The position numbers and the translations under genes were made by a program. Shown here in pieces: positions 12,011 to 25,571 of a DNA stretch of 56,415 bases. Position 1 is the stretch's first letter; each line of letters opens with the position of its first letter. The stretch is from NCBI GenBank assembly GCA_018398765.1, contig JAHBMJ010000105.1, positions 1 to 56,415 on the forward strand, in the 5' to 3' direction. The notes beneath the pieces are model-generated. The model saw only the letters and a list, made by a program, of their open reading frames with translations. It had not been told where the DNA came from and did not search any database. The DNA is from Chromera velia (taxonomy: Eukaryota).

Positions 12011-14083
12011 AATCAAGAGTTTCTACGAATGGAAACAAAGTCTTTTCCGGGTGATGGCAATTCTTCCTCACGACTGAAGCTTGGACATCTTGATCTCAGT
12101 CAGAGTCATCGAACAAGTCTGACTCAGTCTGACTCAGTATCATGTACGTGTCTGAGTGAGTGAGCCTTCCTGAGCGAGACTGGGACTATTCAACCTCTCT
12201 GCAAATGCGGCACCTTGCATGGATATGGAAGAAAATTGAGCAGCGAAAGATGGCGGGAAGAAAGGCAATCGTCATACGGACTGCAATTTTCTCTTTCTTC
12301 CTGCTCACTCTCTTTTGCATGCTTCGTTTGTTCTCTTTTGCGTGCCTTCGCAGGAGGAGGAGAAAGCAGAAGTCAAAAAAGACAGAGAGGCGGGGAAGAA
12401 GAAGATGTCCTCAGGTCACTCTGCTGGGTTGGTGGATGCCGCCACCCTGAGGCGAGAACAAGAGGAGTTGAAGCGAAAGAGAGAGGAAGACTTGGAGGGC
12501 ATGGACCCCGACAAACTAGGTCGGTCAGTCGGTGAGATCACTGTCTGTGGTTTCAGTTGTTCACCGGTCACTGAGACGTCAGATTGTGGAAGAGTGCAGA
12601 GCAACACAGAGGAGTCAGTTGTGGTGTTTTCTTTTGACAGCCAGATCGTGGCTGCATTGACGTCCTTTTCCGTTCCTGGTGTTCATTTTCATTCGTTTAT
12701 TCATTCGACTCCCTTTTTTCGTTTGCCCTTCTCCCTCTCGCCCTTTCGACGCTTTCGTGGAGACAAGAGATCGCGACATGTTGCAGTCTGCATTTACAGA
12801 ACTTTGCTTCATCGGGGAATACACTTAATCCATCCATCCATCCATCCATCCATGACCTTGCCCCGTCGCCACTAGAGACACCAGAAAGTGTCTCCTCACT
12901 TCTGAACTGGTCTGTCTGTGCATGGTGAATGACGTCCTTCACTTTCCATCCTCTGTTTAATCGAACGAACAGTCACTCGCTGTCTGTGTGCAGGTCGGAA
13001 CGCAGATGTCATCTACAGAGACAAGCAGGGAAGGAAAATCACGCAGGAAGAGTGGCAGAAGCAGAACGAAAAAAAACGAAAGCGGGAGAAGTCGCCACCG
13101 CAAGTAAGTCTTTTTTTTCGTTTATTCGATTGGGAGAAGAAAAGGCAATGTAGCGATTCGAGAGGCTTGCCATGAGGAGTTGTCCGAAAGATCCTGCAGA
13201 CTGCACTAGAGAAAACAGTTTCAGCACTCCCTTTTCTCTCTGCAGAGGTGCGCGTGAGTGTAGTCTTCTTTCCGTCCCCTTTCGTGCTGGTCCCATACGT
13301 TGCTGGACTTTTTCTCCAACACTCAATCAACAATGCAACATTCGTTTTCCTTCCTTGTTGCTGGTGCAACACCCATTTTTTTTTTCGGATGACCCGATGG
13401 AAAATGCCTCATTGCAAGTCTGGATCCATTCGTATTCATGTTCAGGTCTGTCCGCGTGTACATCTTCGCCTCTGCAGTTTGTACTTCGAAGGTACGACAA
13501 GCAGAATTTGCCGTCAAACAAATGTTCATTTTGTTTTTGCCTCTCCTCCCCCCTTCCTTCCTTTCTCCGTTCGTTGTGCAGAAACTAGAGTGGGGCCGTG
13601 GGCTGGTTCAAAACAAGAAGGACGAGGACAAGGCGGCAGAGGAGGCACGCATCGCGGCGCAACCCCTCGCGAGGTCTGTTCACACAAAGCACGCCTGCAT
13701 AGATCGTGGGGATTAGAAGGTCGAATAAAGAGATCGAACTACTCTGGTGGGAGTGAAATGTCGCTTTTACCATGAGGCAACTGTGAAGAGACCAGACATA
13801 TCGATTCGCAGAAGAGAAGAGAAAGAGAAAGACGAAGAGGAGGAGGATGAGACGAAGGTCGAGCGAACCGTCGAGAAGAGGGAAGTGCACGGACACAGAT
13901 ACAGATACAGATACAGACAGGCAGACTGGGCAACAGGGAAGCAAGGAGGCGAGAGCGATAGACGAGCAGGGAAAGGGGAACGAGAGGAACCCAACAAACA
14001 CACACACACATACACTCACACACACAGACACGCACACATACAGACACAGACACACACTCACATACAGACACACACGCACACGC

Positions 14084-14120
<37 letters not shown>

Positions 14121-14701
14121 AATCGAGAGCCAGAGAGAGGAACAGAATTTGTTCGCCTGTGTCTCTGCCTGGTATGATGAGTGTCCCGCTGAAGCCTATC
14201 CTCCTTTCCCTCCTTTCCCTTTTGCAGGTATGACATTGATGATGCTCTCGACATGGACCTGAAGCAACGCGGGCGTTGGGGGGACCCTCTGGCTAACCTC
14301 GGGGGAGGGGGGGAAGAGGGGGACGAGGATTTGGATCCCTCTCAAACTGGAGGTCGGTTGCTTCGTCGGGTTTTGGTACTGAAATATTATCATTATTTTC
14401 TATTGAGTCGATTGGGCAGGAAATTGGAAGAGTGGAGGAAGCTGTGTGCGATGGAAGGGTGCTGTCGTGTGTGCATGCTTTTTGTCTGTGTACGTACAGA
14501 TCCATGGTTGTTGAAATGAACGACCTAGAGAGGTCAGTCAATGTCTACATGCAAAGAGGGACGGATCGAACGTCGGATAGATGAGAAGGTGATGTAGATG
14601 GATGGCTCGACTTTCGCTTCGTCTCTCCATTTGCATATTGAATGTGCATGTATGGCGCACGAGCATTTTTTTGTGCCGCGGGGCGGATTCGTTCGGGCAA
14701 T

Positions 14702-14742
<41 letters not shown>

Positions 14743-15487
14743 TACACACACATATGTATATACATGGAGGGAGAGAACCATAACTTCTCTCGGCAATCAT
14801 AGAGCACAATCAGAACGCCGCCTTTCCACACCACAATACATTTGCAAGCGTCAGACAGAGCAAATTATCTCTTTGTTTGTCTCCTCATGTACCTCTTCCT
14901 TCCTTTCTCCCTCCCTCCCTCCGGGCTGATCTGCAGAAGGGGCCTCAGCAGCGGCGGAGAGGCCAAGGAAAGCCGAACCGAGGTGTCCCCACCCGAGCCC
15001 CCCCAACAGATTCGGGATCCCTGCAGGCTATCGGTGGGATGGGCAGATCCGGGGGAACAAGTATGAGGAGAGGTGGATCGCGGTGAGTGAGTGAGTGAGT
15101 GAGTGAGTGAGTGAGTGAGTCTGTGGGCGGGCGTTGAATGAGATGTGCACAGGCGAAGAATGTCTCTTTCCCGATGGTGAAGAATTCCAGGCCCGTTCCC
15201 TTTCCGTTCCACCCTGCCAGCAAAGTCTGAGAATGCGTCCTGTGGTGTGTGTGGCTGCAGCATGGCGTCCTTTTTGTGTGTTTGAGTACTTGATCCGGGA
15301 TCCGACCAGCTGCATGCATGTGCTCTCTCAGATATATTTCAAGTTTGCCATCAAAGGACATTCATGCGTGTCTCTCACTTTCGTTGAATACAGAAAGCAA
15401 GTGTTTGTCCCCTCGTCTGTGCAGGCCCGGCATCGTGATCAGGAGAAGAGAGACGAAGCCTATAAAGCGCAGATGGAAGGCATTTGA
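10551..15487 (+). CDS. BUD13: BUD13 homolog (RES complex pre-mRNA splicing factor), 8 exons
   Basis: Phase-consistent GT-AG exons 10551-10925, 11029-11799, 12354-12519, 12994-13103, 13582-13673, 14228-14352, 14937-15082, 15425-15487. They encode [18 protein letters not shown] repeats, [41 protein letters not shown] and [26 protein letters not shown]. Confidence 0.95.
11146..11709 (+). repeat. Coding 39-bp tandem repeat (~14 copies of [16 protein letters not shown]) in BUD13 exon 2
   Basis: gatcagtcaccgcccagaagagggagaagagacgatgacagagat... recurs with a 39-nt period; SPPRR repeats are typical of BUD13. Confidence 0.95.
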
Positions 15488-15886
15488 TTCGATGCGATGA
15501 TTTGAACAAGACGAGAAATCAATAGAAATGAGGCCTTGATTTCTACTCGCTTTATATCAGATATTCCTATCGATTTCTATATGTTTAAAAACATGCATAG
15601 AAATCCAGTAAAATTTTTATAAATTATTGAAATTTAGGCATTGATTGATTACATGATTTCCATGTATCAGGATTTCTATTACATTTCTATTTACTTTGAT
15701 TTCTGTTAATTTTAAATTCTAGCTATCAGATTTCTATTGGATTTCTATTAGGTAGATTTTTACAACGTTTGTATAACTTTTTGTAGGGTAATAATATCTA
15801 GAGTGATATAATGATTGCGATGTACAATTCTTGCAAATGCAGCACCGCGTACATGTTCTAGCCCTAGTTGTAGCCCGACCTAGTGA

Positions 15887-16183
<297 letters not shown>

Positions 16184-16509
16184 TAACTTGGTGGCTTGTC
16201 TCACCTCCCTATATAGCAGTAGGATGGGGGTACATCCTCTTCACCATCCGCACAGTCAAAGATTTCGAACGTGGGGCTGACTGATGATGAAGCCCTTAAG
16301 AAAGGGATCGAAAACTCAGTGTCGGAGACGCCTACCCCATCTGCCCGTCTGGACCTAACCTCTTCATCTTCCTCTTCCTCATTAACGTTCGCTCACGCCC
16401 CCTCTGCTCCCTCCCACATCGCCCCACCGTCCCATACCAACCCCACCCCGCCCCCCAACACCATACCCACGCAGGCAGGAGTCTCCCCCCCCACGGTGCA
16501 GATAAAGGC

Positions 16510-17240
<731 letters not shown>

Positions 17241-17841
17241 AAGGCTGCCCGAGCCTTACACTCCCTCACCGAAATTTTGTGGGTCTCGAAGAATGAAGGC
17301 ATCTCCTCCATCCTCTCCTCCGCCTCCGCCTCATCGCCCCTCAAGCTGAACCCAAATGCCCCCCCGTTTGTACTGCCAACGCCCATTCCACCAGCTCCCA
17401 CAGCCCCGCGGCAGGGAAGCCTTTCTAACCCGTGGCCAGCTACATGGCCGATCATAGGGTTCTCGGAGAACTTGGAGGAGGACTAGCCATTCAAAAAGTC
17501 TGAGGAGGACAAACAAGTGCCCAGATGCAGATGAGTAAGCACCTGTTTTATCCCCCTACACACCCTCCCCCACAGACGACAACCGCCAGTCACCAACCCA
17601 TGGGTGGCAGGGGTACCCCCCCTCCCCCCGCTCCTCCCCACTCCGCCTCCACCCCACCGACGCATAGACACAGACCCTGGGCTACTCCCGACCCCAACCA
17701 AAGCAGCAGCTGACGTAAAGCAGAAAGAGGACAGCGAGAGCGATACAAGCGAATACGAAGGTAAGGAAAGAGAGGGGGGAGCAAGGAGAGGAGTTTTGGG
17801 GGTCCTGGGGACCCCGCCCTCAGCCGATGTCTAGGGCCTGG

Positions 17842-18391
17842 CACTTATATTGGGTTACAGGTTTCAATACCCCCTATACATAAGGGTATGCCCCCCTGTA
17901 ATGTTATCCTTACTTCAAAAGTGGTCCCAATTGATCAATCTCATCAGGGTACGTCTAAAAATATTGAAAACATCTTCTGTTGATTGAGGTTACATGAGAA
18001 ACTGACGAAAAACGATGTGTCCCTTTCACTTTGTAGCCAAACCCCTTATAACCTTGTAACCTGTAACCTAAAATGACCCTCTTCAAAAGTGATATAACCT
18101 TCGTCTACATGCATTTTAAAGTGTTTTTGAAGTGATTTGAAGAGTTTTTGAAAGTTGACTTTTTGGTCGGTTACGGACCTCAAGACCGCTTGTAACCTTG
18201 TAACCTGTAACCTTACAAGGGGACATATATAATAAGAGGTGTAACATCATGTAATCACATAAGCTATACAGTAAAAGTGATTGATTTTGAAATAACTCAA
18301 CATGCCGGACCTCCAGCTTGTGTGAAAAGCTCGTCCAAATGTTTTTTAGTTCATTTTTTATGTCATTTTTGCACTTGTAACCCTATATAAG
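17842..18391. mobile_element. MITE nested in the retrotransposon (~550 bp)
   Basis: TIR cttatattgggttaca (17844-17859) / tgtaaccctatataag (18376-18391). AT-rich interior with tgtaacc subterminal repeats. Possible degenerate 5-bp TSD cctgg/cctaa. Confidence 0.7.
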
Positions 18392-20158
18392 CCTAAGAGT
18401 GCCCCCCCCCTAGGCCGATGTGCTCGATGGATGCAGGTGGAGAGCAGACAGGAAGGAAGAGGAAAAGAAGGACCAAAAGGGATAGAAGATGAAAGAGGCA
18501 GCAGCAGCCCTAGCCAAGAGCGAAAGGCTAGCCGGTAGACAGCGGGGGAGGAAGGAAGAGGAAGAAGACGAGTCCTACATGGAAGACAGTGACACAAAGA
18601 GCATGCCGGGGGCGGTAGTCTCTGACGCAGACGACTCAGATAGAGAGGAAGAGGAGGAGGAGAGATGAGGAGAGGAAAAACAGGAGGAGGCACGATACGG
18701 TGACAGCACGAGGCCCTACAGCCCCCGCAGCCTCCCCTTACACATGTAAAGAGGCAACCCAAAATGAATGCTGCGACCTAGGCTGCGACTGCCATAGAAA
18801 AGGAAATAAACGAGCGAGGTGTGTCAGTTGTAGATGTGTGCAAGTTGAACTCGGGGGTTGCAATAGAGGGGGTAACTCAGTGACCCCGTAGAGATGCGCA
18901 TGTACCCAGCGGATAAACGACAGTATGTATGTGCACAGGATGAGCAGAGTATTGAAGGAGGGCACAGAAAAGGATCAGGGGGGGAAGGCCCAGAGGATGG
19001 GGGTAACAGACAGGAGAGAAACAAAGAAAGGCCCCCCCAGAGTCAGGGCCCAGCTGCCTCCGGGCAGTCGAGGAGAGACAGGACTGCAGGCAACCCACCT
19101 ACCCAAAGCCAGGGCAGAGGAGAGAGATGAGCAGACAAGCGAGACGTGTGCCTCGTTCGAGCGACGGCCTCGCGAGGGGGGGTCTCTATGTTGGAGAGGT
19201 GATACACGTTATACACCGACAGATAACACTCTAGCTGCTTGGCACAATGGAAAGGGAGGGGGGGCAAGCAAAAAAGGCGTGCAAAGGCGTGGAGGCCGAA
19301 GGACGCATCCAGAGACCAGCAAGCGAAGGACTTCTATCGATCCCTCGTCTTTGTGGGAGCACAGCCGGAAGGTCACACAGCGGCGCTAGAAACGTTCTCC
19401 AGGGAGAAACTTCCGAGAAAGGGGTGGTGTGCGTGAACCTCCCCGAGGCAGCAAGAGAGGCAGACATGAGGGGGGAGGAAGAAACGCTGTAGGCAGGAGT
19501 GGTAAGGGCCGCACAAAGATAGTGGGAGGGAGAGGGAACAGACATAACACTGCAGGAGGCCGCAGGGCAGGGGAGAGAAAGGGAAGGGGGTCAAAGGAGC
19601 CGAGAGGCCTCAAGAAAAGGAAAATAGGGGGGATCAGGGCTACAGACAGGAGGGAGGAAGACAAGTCAACGGGACATAGCTAGGGCTGTAGGGGAGGGCG
19701 AGAGCCTGAGAGAAAGTCCCAGGGTCACCAGGGGGGAGGGAAGGGGCAGAATTAAAGAGATGAACGGTTAACCTAGCCAAGCCGCACCCTAGGCCGTACC
19801 GCAGAAGCAGGAGCAGATACGTCAGAGGGAGGCAGAGGGGCGCAAACAGTCACAGCAAAGGGAGGATAGACAAGACAGGGGGGGGGGGGGGGGGNGGGGG
19901 GGAGAGGCAACGGGAGGCCAAGGAAAGGGGGAGAGGGGAGACAAATGACGCCGTTATGACAGCAGAGGAGAGTCAACGCCTCATAGAGGAGGCATACGGG
20001 AGGAGGCGACAGACAGGGGGGGAGGGGAGGAATTTTAAAGAAGAATGGAGGGGGTGGAGGCAACAGTGGGAAGAAGCCATGAAGTATACCCAGACAGGGC
20101 ATTATGTGATGCTCCGAAGGGGACTGAGGAGAGAGATAACAAAAAAGCTGGCAGAATA

Positions 20159-20682
20159 GGGGTCTAAAATTGCTATCACAACACTCTATGAAGGAGCGTT
20201 GTCGGCTTTGCATCTATATAGCGCCTCGGGGGGGGGGTGTTGGCCTCCGGCCAACGGCTATATACAACGCTCCTGTAGAGGCGTAGCAGGTTGTAGGTGG
20301 GCGTTGGGAGAGCGCTTTCCACGGCAATGGACAAACGTTTAAAAGCTGTTTCATTCAGACATATATGCTGATAAGGACGTTCTTCTATCTTCTTTCACAA
20401 CAGATAAGAATGAATGAACCATATTTGATTTTTTAATTGATTTAACAACTAGATTTTGATATATTAAAGGGTGTAGGCTAATACATATTCGTGAGTTTAG
20501 CTCAATTTTTTGTTAATGAAGGATAATGAAGGGGTGTAGCCTGTCTAAGACCTTATACAACACAACACCCTAGGGGCGTTGTGCCTTGGGCAAAACGCCT
20601 TTATATACAACGCTCTTAAGGCGTAGCCTCTCGGCACGTCTCTGTATACTATGCCACCCCTCCCTCCCCGTATCTAGACCCC
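20159..20682. mobile_element. MITE with GGGGTCTA termini and TA TSD, nested in the retrotransposon
   Basis: TA|GGGGTCTA...TAGACCCC|TA. Removing it plus one TA restores the host frame (KKLAEYLAELIVEVWRGEWPSE...). Confidence 0.88.
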
Positions 20683-23600
20683 TATCTGGCGGAGTTAATT
20701 GTGGAAGTTTGGAGAGGGGAGTGGCCCAGCGAGGCCCCAATACTATTCCTTAACCTCCTGATGCGACGGGACCCCAGGCTAAAGGGAAACACGGCAGTGA
20801 GGCAAAAGTTGGAGGAAAAAATGAGGAAATAGGACAAAGGAGAAGGAGGGAGGAAACAGCTGATGAAAGAAGCAAAACTGTTGAGTAACAGGGTGAGGGA
20901 AACAAAGAGGAGAGGGCGCAAACGCGAGCAAGGAGAAGATGAAGAAGAGAGAAGGAAGATCAGACATTTTCAAGATCTGATGTAAAAAAGAGAGATTCGG
21001 CGTGCTCTGCGAGGGCTGACGGAGAGGGAGAAAGGAGGGGTGCTCGATGCAGGGGACACGTTCTAGATTGGGAATGGGCCCATATAGACAGCTACAGCCA
21101 CACTAGAGATGAAGCACCCAGACAGCTATAGCCCCCACACGGATAGACTCATCTTCCCCCCCGAAGGGGAAGCCCTCCCTCTGTTTGAACACATAGTGAT
21201 CACTCCCGACGGAATCGAGGAAATGGCTAGAAGACTGCAGGACAGCGCAGGCCCCTCCGGGTTTGATAGCGCTAATCTACAGTCTGCTCTTCTTCGGTAC
21301 GGCCCCTGGCCGCCAGTGACCAGCTGAGAGAGGAGGTGGCAAGGCTGATAGAGGATATGGCAAACGGAATATGGGGGTAGGAGAGAGTGCGAGCCCTCAT
21401 GGCATGTTGGCTGGTTGCCCTCGATAAGTGCCCAGGCGCCAGACCAGTAGGCATCGGAGAGTCCATGAGGCGACTGATGGCTAAAACCATCATGCATGAG
21501 ACTAAAGAGGAGCTTGCAGCTGCGTGTGGGGCAAAACAGCTAGCAGAGGGTCAGCAGGGCGCCATCGAGGCGGCAATCCATGCAGTGGGGGGGGTATGGG
21601 AGGAAATGGACAGGGCTGCAGGCTAGGCTGCAGGGGATGACCCATGCTTAGCGTTCGGCCCTAGTGTTCGGCCTACTAGAAGTAGACGCCTCCAACGGCT
21701 TTAAGGAGGCAGGGAGGATCGCAGGACTCTGGAATATCAGAGTCAAGTGGCCGCGAGCGGCACAGTTCATCTTCAATTATTACAGGGGAGATGCCAAAAT
21801 GTTCTTACGGGGGGGAAACAGGACGACAGTTCTCCAGAGTAAGGAAAGATGGACACAGGGAGACCCTCTAGCGATGGGGGGCTATGCGATCACTTAGCTG
21901 CCCCTTGTGTGGGCACTGTGAGATACCACTACACACGTCAGGGCGGGGAGAAGCGGAAGGGACGAACAGGGAGAAAGAGCAAGCAGTGAGAATGGGGAGT
22001 GAGGAGAGGGGGGACAGGAGGGGGATGAGCGCGGCGGGGAGGACGACCGGGAGGCGCCCAACTGAGAACTGTAGAGAGAAACAGACCCGTGGATCCCCCC
22101 TCCCAGACCTCTAGATGCCTCAGCCGAACCAGCAGCCCCCTCACAAAAAGTATGACGGCAGGTATGGTACGCAGACGATGTGTCCTGCCTCGGCAGGCTA
22201 GTGATGATCAGGGAATAGTACCGCATAGTGCTGCAGAGGGGTCCAACTACAGGCTACTTCCCTAAGCCTGATAAAACAATTCTCGCAGTCCCAGCACGGT
22301 TTGTGGAAGAAACCAAGAGGGTGTTTGCCGAGTTTTTACCCAAGGAAAAGAGGGGAAAAGGAATGACCATAGTGATAGGGTGTAGACTCCGAGGAGGATT
22401 TGTGGGAGATGAAGCGGAGAAAGAGAAATGGGTGGGAAAGAAGGTGGAAAAGTTTATGAAAAGAACGGAGAAAGTGGTTGAAACAGCTGTGCATGCGCTC
22501 TAGGAAGCGTACACGGTGTACGTTAAGTCATAACAGCAGGAGTGGGGGTTCTTGCAGAGGGTTACACAGGCAAGAGAGGAACAGTTTGATCCCCTCGAGG
22601 CAGCCATTCGAGATAGACTGCTCCCAGCCTTGCTATCCGGGAGGCCCCGCAACAGCCCCCCGCACCGCCGCAAAGCAATAGATGCGAGAGGTCAGTGCAC
22701 TGCCAGCGACTGCCAGTTAGACTGGGGGGGATGGGGATTGACAATCCCAAGATAGAAGGGGAGGAAGCGAGAGCGACGTCTCAAGCAGCAACTAAAGAGC
22801 TTACACAGGCCATTCGAGAAGGAAGAGAGGTAGAGGAGGAAAAAGAAAGAGAGGAAAGGAAGGAGGCTCACAAAGAGCACAGCCAGAGGAAGAGGGCGAA
22901 GGAGAAAGAGAGATAGGAAAGGGTGAAAGAAATGGAAGTTCTGGGGGTAACGGGAGAGCAGAAGAGAGCAGTCAGAGATGCAAAGGCAAAGCGACACTTG
23001 GGATGGCTCAGTATGGTCCCACAAGAAGCGGACGAAATGCTCATCAGCCTGGAAGAGTTTTGAGATGCCCTCACCCTGCGCTACCAATTTAAGGCGCAAG
23101 CAGATAAAAGGAATTGCGAGGGGTGTGGGGGCAGTTGAGGGCTGCAGCATGCCCTCAATTGCAAGAGAAGGGGACATGTCGGGAGGAGATACAACGAGGT
23201 AAACCAGGTGTGGTATGATCTGGCAGAGCTGGCGTTCGCGTCGGCAGTAGGAAGGGGGGAGCCAGTAGTGAGGGCAGAGGGAGAGGTACCGGATCGACCG
23301 GCCCTCTATGGGGACTTCTCAGTGCGGGGACTCTGGGCAAGGCAGAGGTAGGCAATCCTAGATACAAGGGTGGTTAACACCTAGGCTAGCACCCAGGCTG
23401 CCTCCTATGTACAGGGTGACTGGCAGAAAGTTCTTACCTAGTCAGCCACGGGGAAAAAGGAGCAGTATGCCGAGCCGTGCAGGGAAAAGGGATACGATTT
23501 CATGCCCCTCATCAGCAGTATAGATGGGGCCCTCAAAAAGGATGCCGAGATGTTCCTAAAGAAGGTAGCGCATCTTGTGAGTCTGAAGTGGGATAGGACA

Positions 23601-24120
23601 CACGAGCAGGTGTGCGCATATACATAAAGGCAAGAATGCAGGCAGTGCACCACAGAGCAGCCAGCGGGTGCCTGCGGAGCACCAGGAAAGAGGTGCGAAG
23701 AGTGAGCGTTGAGGGAGGGGCAGCGGCAGCGGTAGCACTCGGATAGAAGGAGTGGCGATCAGCTGCTCTTAACGGAAAAGGCAAGGCCATGGGAAGACAT
23801 GGAGAGCTTATAGGTGGTTGAGGTCGAGGGTTTAGAAGGTTTTGATGTAGGTTTTGATCATAACAGCCCGAAGGGGAAAAAACTTGACTAGATTGAAAGT
23901 CTAACTCTTATAAGTATAATATCGGATTTTATATACCGGTCTAGATACCGGTTCTTACATTCATACGTTTATGTATTCTATACATTTTTAGCTATATGTA
24001 TTTTCTCACTAGTTTTCTTATTATATCTTTAGAAAGATACTTATTAAAGCTAATACAACATAATACGAGTAGAGTTAATATGCTACCTGCTAGCAGCTGC
24101 TTAAACTCACTGCATGCCTA

Positions 24121-24952
24121 GGGGTAATTTTTTTTTAAAAAAAAAAAAGGTCTCAGGAACAATTTTTTTTTTTTTTTGCTTTTCGATCATGATGACCTCA
24201 ACCAAGACGTAACAACCATATGCAACACCTTGCAACTTAGCTTACAACACTAAAGCAACACTTGTATAACAGTGCAACACCATTCATTTATTATCATAAT
24301 AAAGAAACAATAGTATAATAACCTAAATAACAACACCTAAACAGCACTTGTTGATTCGTGCTGTTAAGGTCTAGTAGAAGAGGTTGGCGCTGGTAAGTGC
24401 TTGCAGAGGTTCAAGGGTCTTCAGGGCTTGATGTCGCTGGAGTAGTTCAGGTCGATCCCTAGTGACAGACTCGATCAGTGTCAGGAGCATGAAGCTTTTT
24501 TGTGATTCGGTGATCGATCTGATTTCATTGTAGTCTTCCAGAAAGTCTTTCGGAAGTCTTTCATATGATTTCGATCGAAGTGTGATATGCCAACATCTGT
24601 ATATGATAAACGTCCTACATCTCCTTTCTTTGATACTTAAAAGGGATATAGTGAGGATTAAACCCATGACCTTCTGCTTGTTAGTGCTGTATGCAGCATG
24701 CTAACCACTAAGTCATGAAAGCAAGCGGCGTATATGATCTTCTTTTGCTTAGTGCTCAGGCTACTTTAAACTAAAACTAATTCATTTAATTTCTATCTTC
24801 TTTCTAGCTATGCCGAGCTATGCTTAAATAGCACATAGCAGTGCAACACATGAACAACACTTAAACAACATATTTTTCAGCTTGACACCAGAAAAAAAAA
24901 AAGAAAAAGATGAAAATGACCAACTTTTTTTTTTTTTTTTGAAAATTACCCC
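24121..24952. mobile_element. MITE with GGGGTAATTTT termini and TA TSD (832 bp)
   Basis: CTA|GGGGTAATTTT(T)n(A)n...(T)nGAAAATTACCCC|TAG, with internal caacac subterminal repeats. Confidence 0.85.
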
Positions 24953-25571
24953 TAGCTGCATGCGCATAACAGTGTACCACCATAACTATATTGACTATGT
25001 ATGGCATTTGAAATTAATTGAATGCGAAAATGGATCATGAAGGAACTGTCAGGCAGGCTTCACAAGTCTACGGCATTCCGAGGCCCCACTGCATGACCTC
25101 CGGGTCACCTGTCCCCGCTGGCTGGGACTTTTGGCTTGGCCGTACGCCCATTCGCATGCACAAACTCTCACACACGCGCATCCCATCCCAGGAACGAATG
25201 CAGGCCCAAAAAGCCGACCGAGCCCCCGCCTACCAGACCCTGAAATGCTGTCATGGCACAAATACACCTCCCCCCCCCAATCCCTGTAAATTTCCCACCC
25301 CGCCCGCTGCACAAGGGGAGCGACACTCGTTTGATCGTCCTGATCAAGCCCATCCGCAAAAGACATTCAGTCTAACAAAAAGACCAGCACACCTTACAGA
25401 CGGAGGGAACGCTGTGAGGCACTCCCGTTCTTCTGTGTGAAACACACGCCGGCTAGGACGCCACAAAGACTTCTTTCCCCCTCCATCTCTCTCCCCGTGA
25501 GGAACAGTCTGCTTGAAAACGCCGATAGAGAAAGGGAGAAGTGAGCACTTGATCTCGATCCCTCTCCTTCT

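Noticed and set aside
20685..23750. Frequent in-frame TAG read as stop-codon reassignment or readthrough
   Set aside because: TAG replaces both Gln- and Trp-type positions and co-occurs with frameshifts. RPB12 terminates at TAG, and intact genes have no internal stops.
24371..24667. 98-aa ORF inside the MITE as a transposase
   Set aside because: Too short and no DDE or DNA-binding motif is recognisable.
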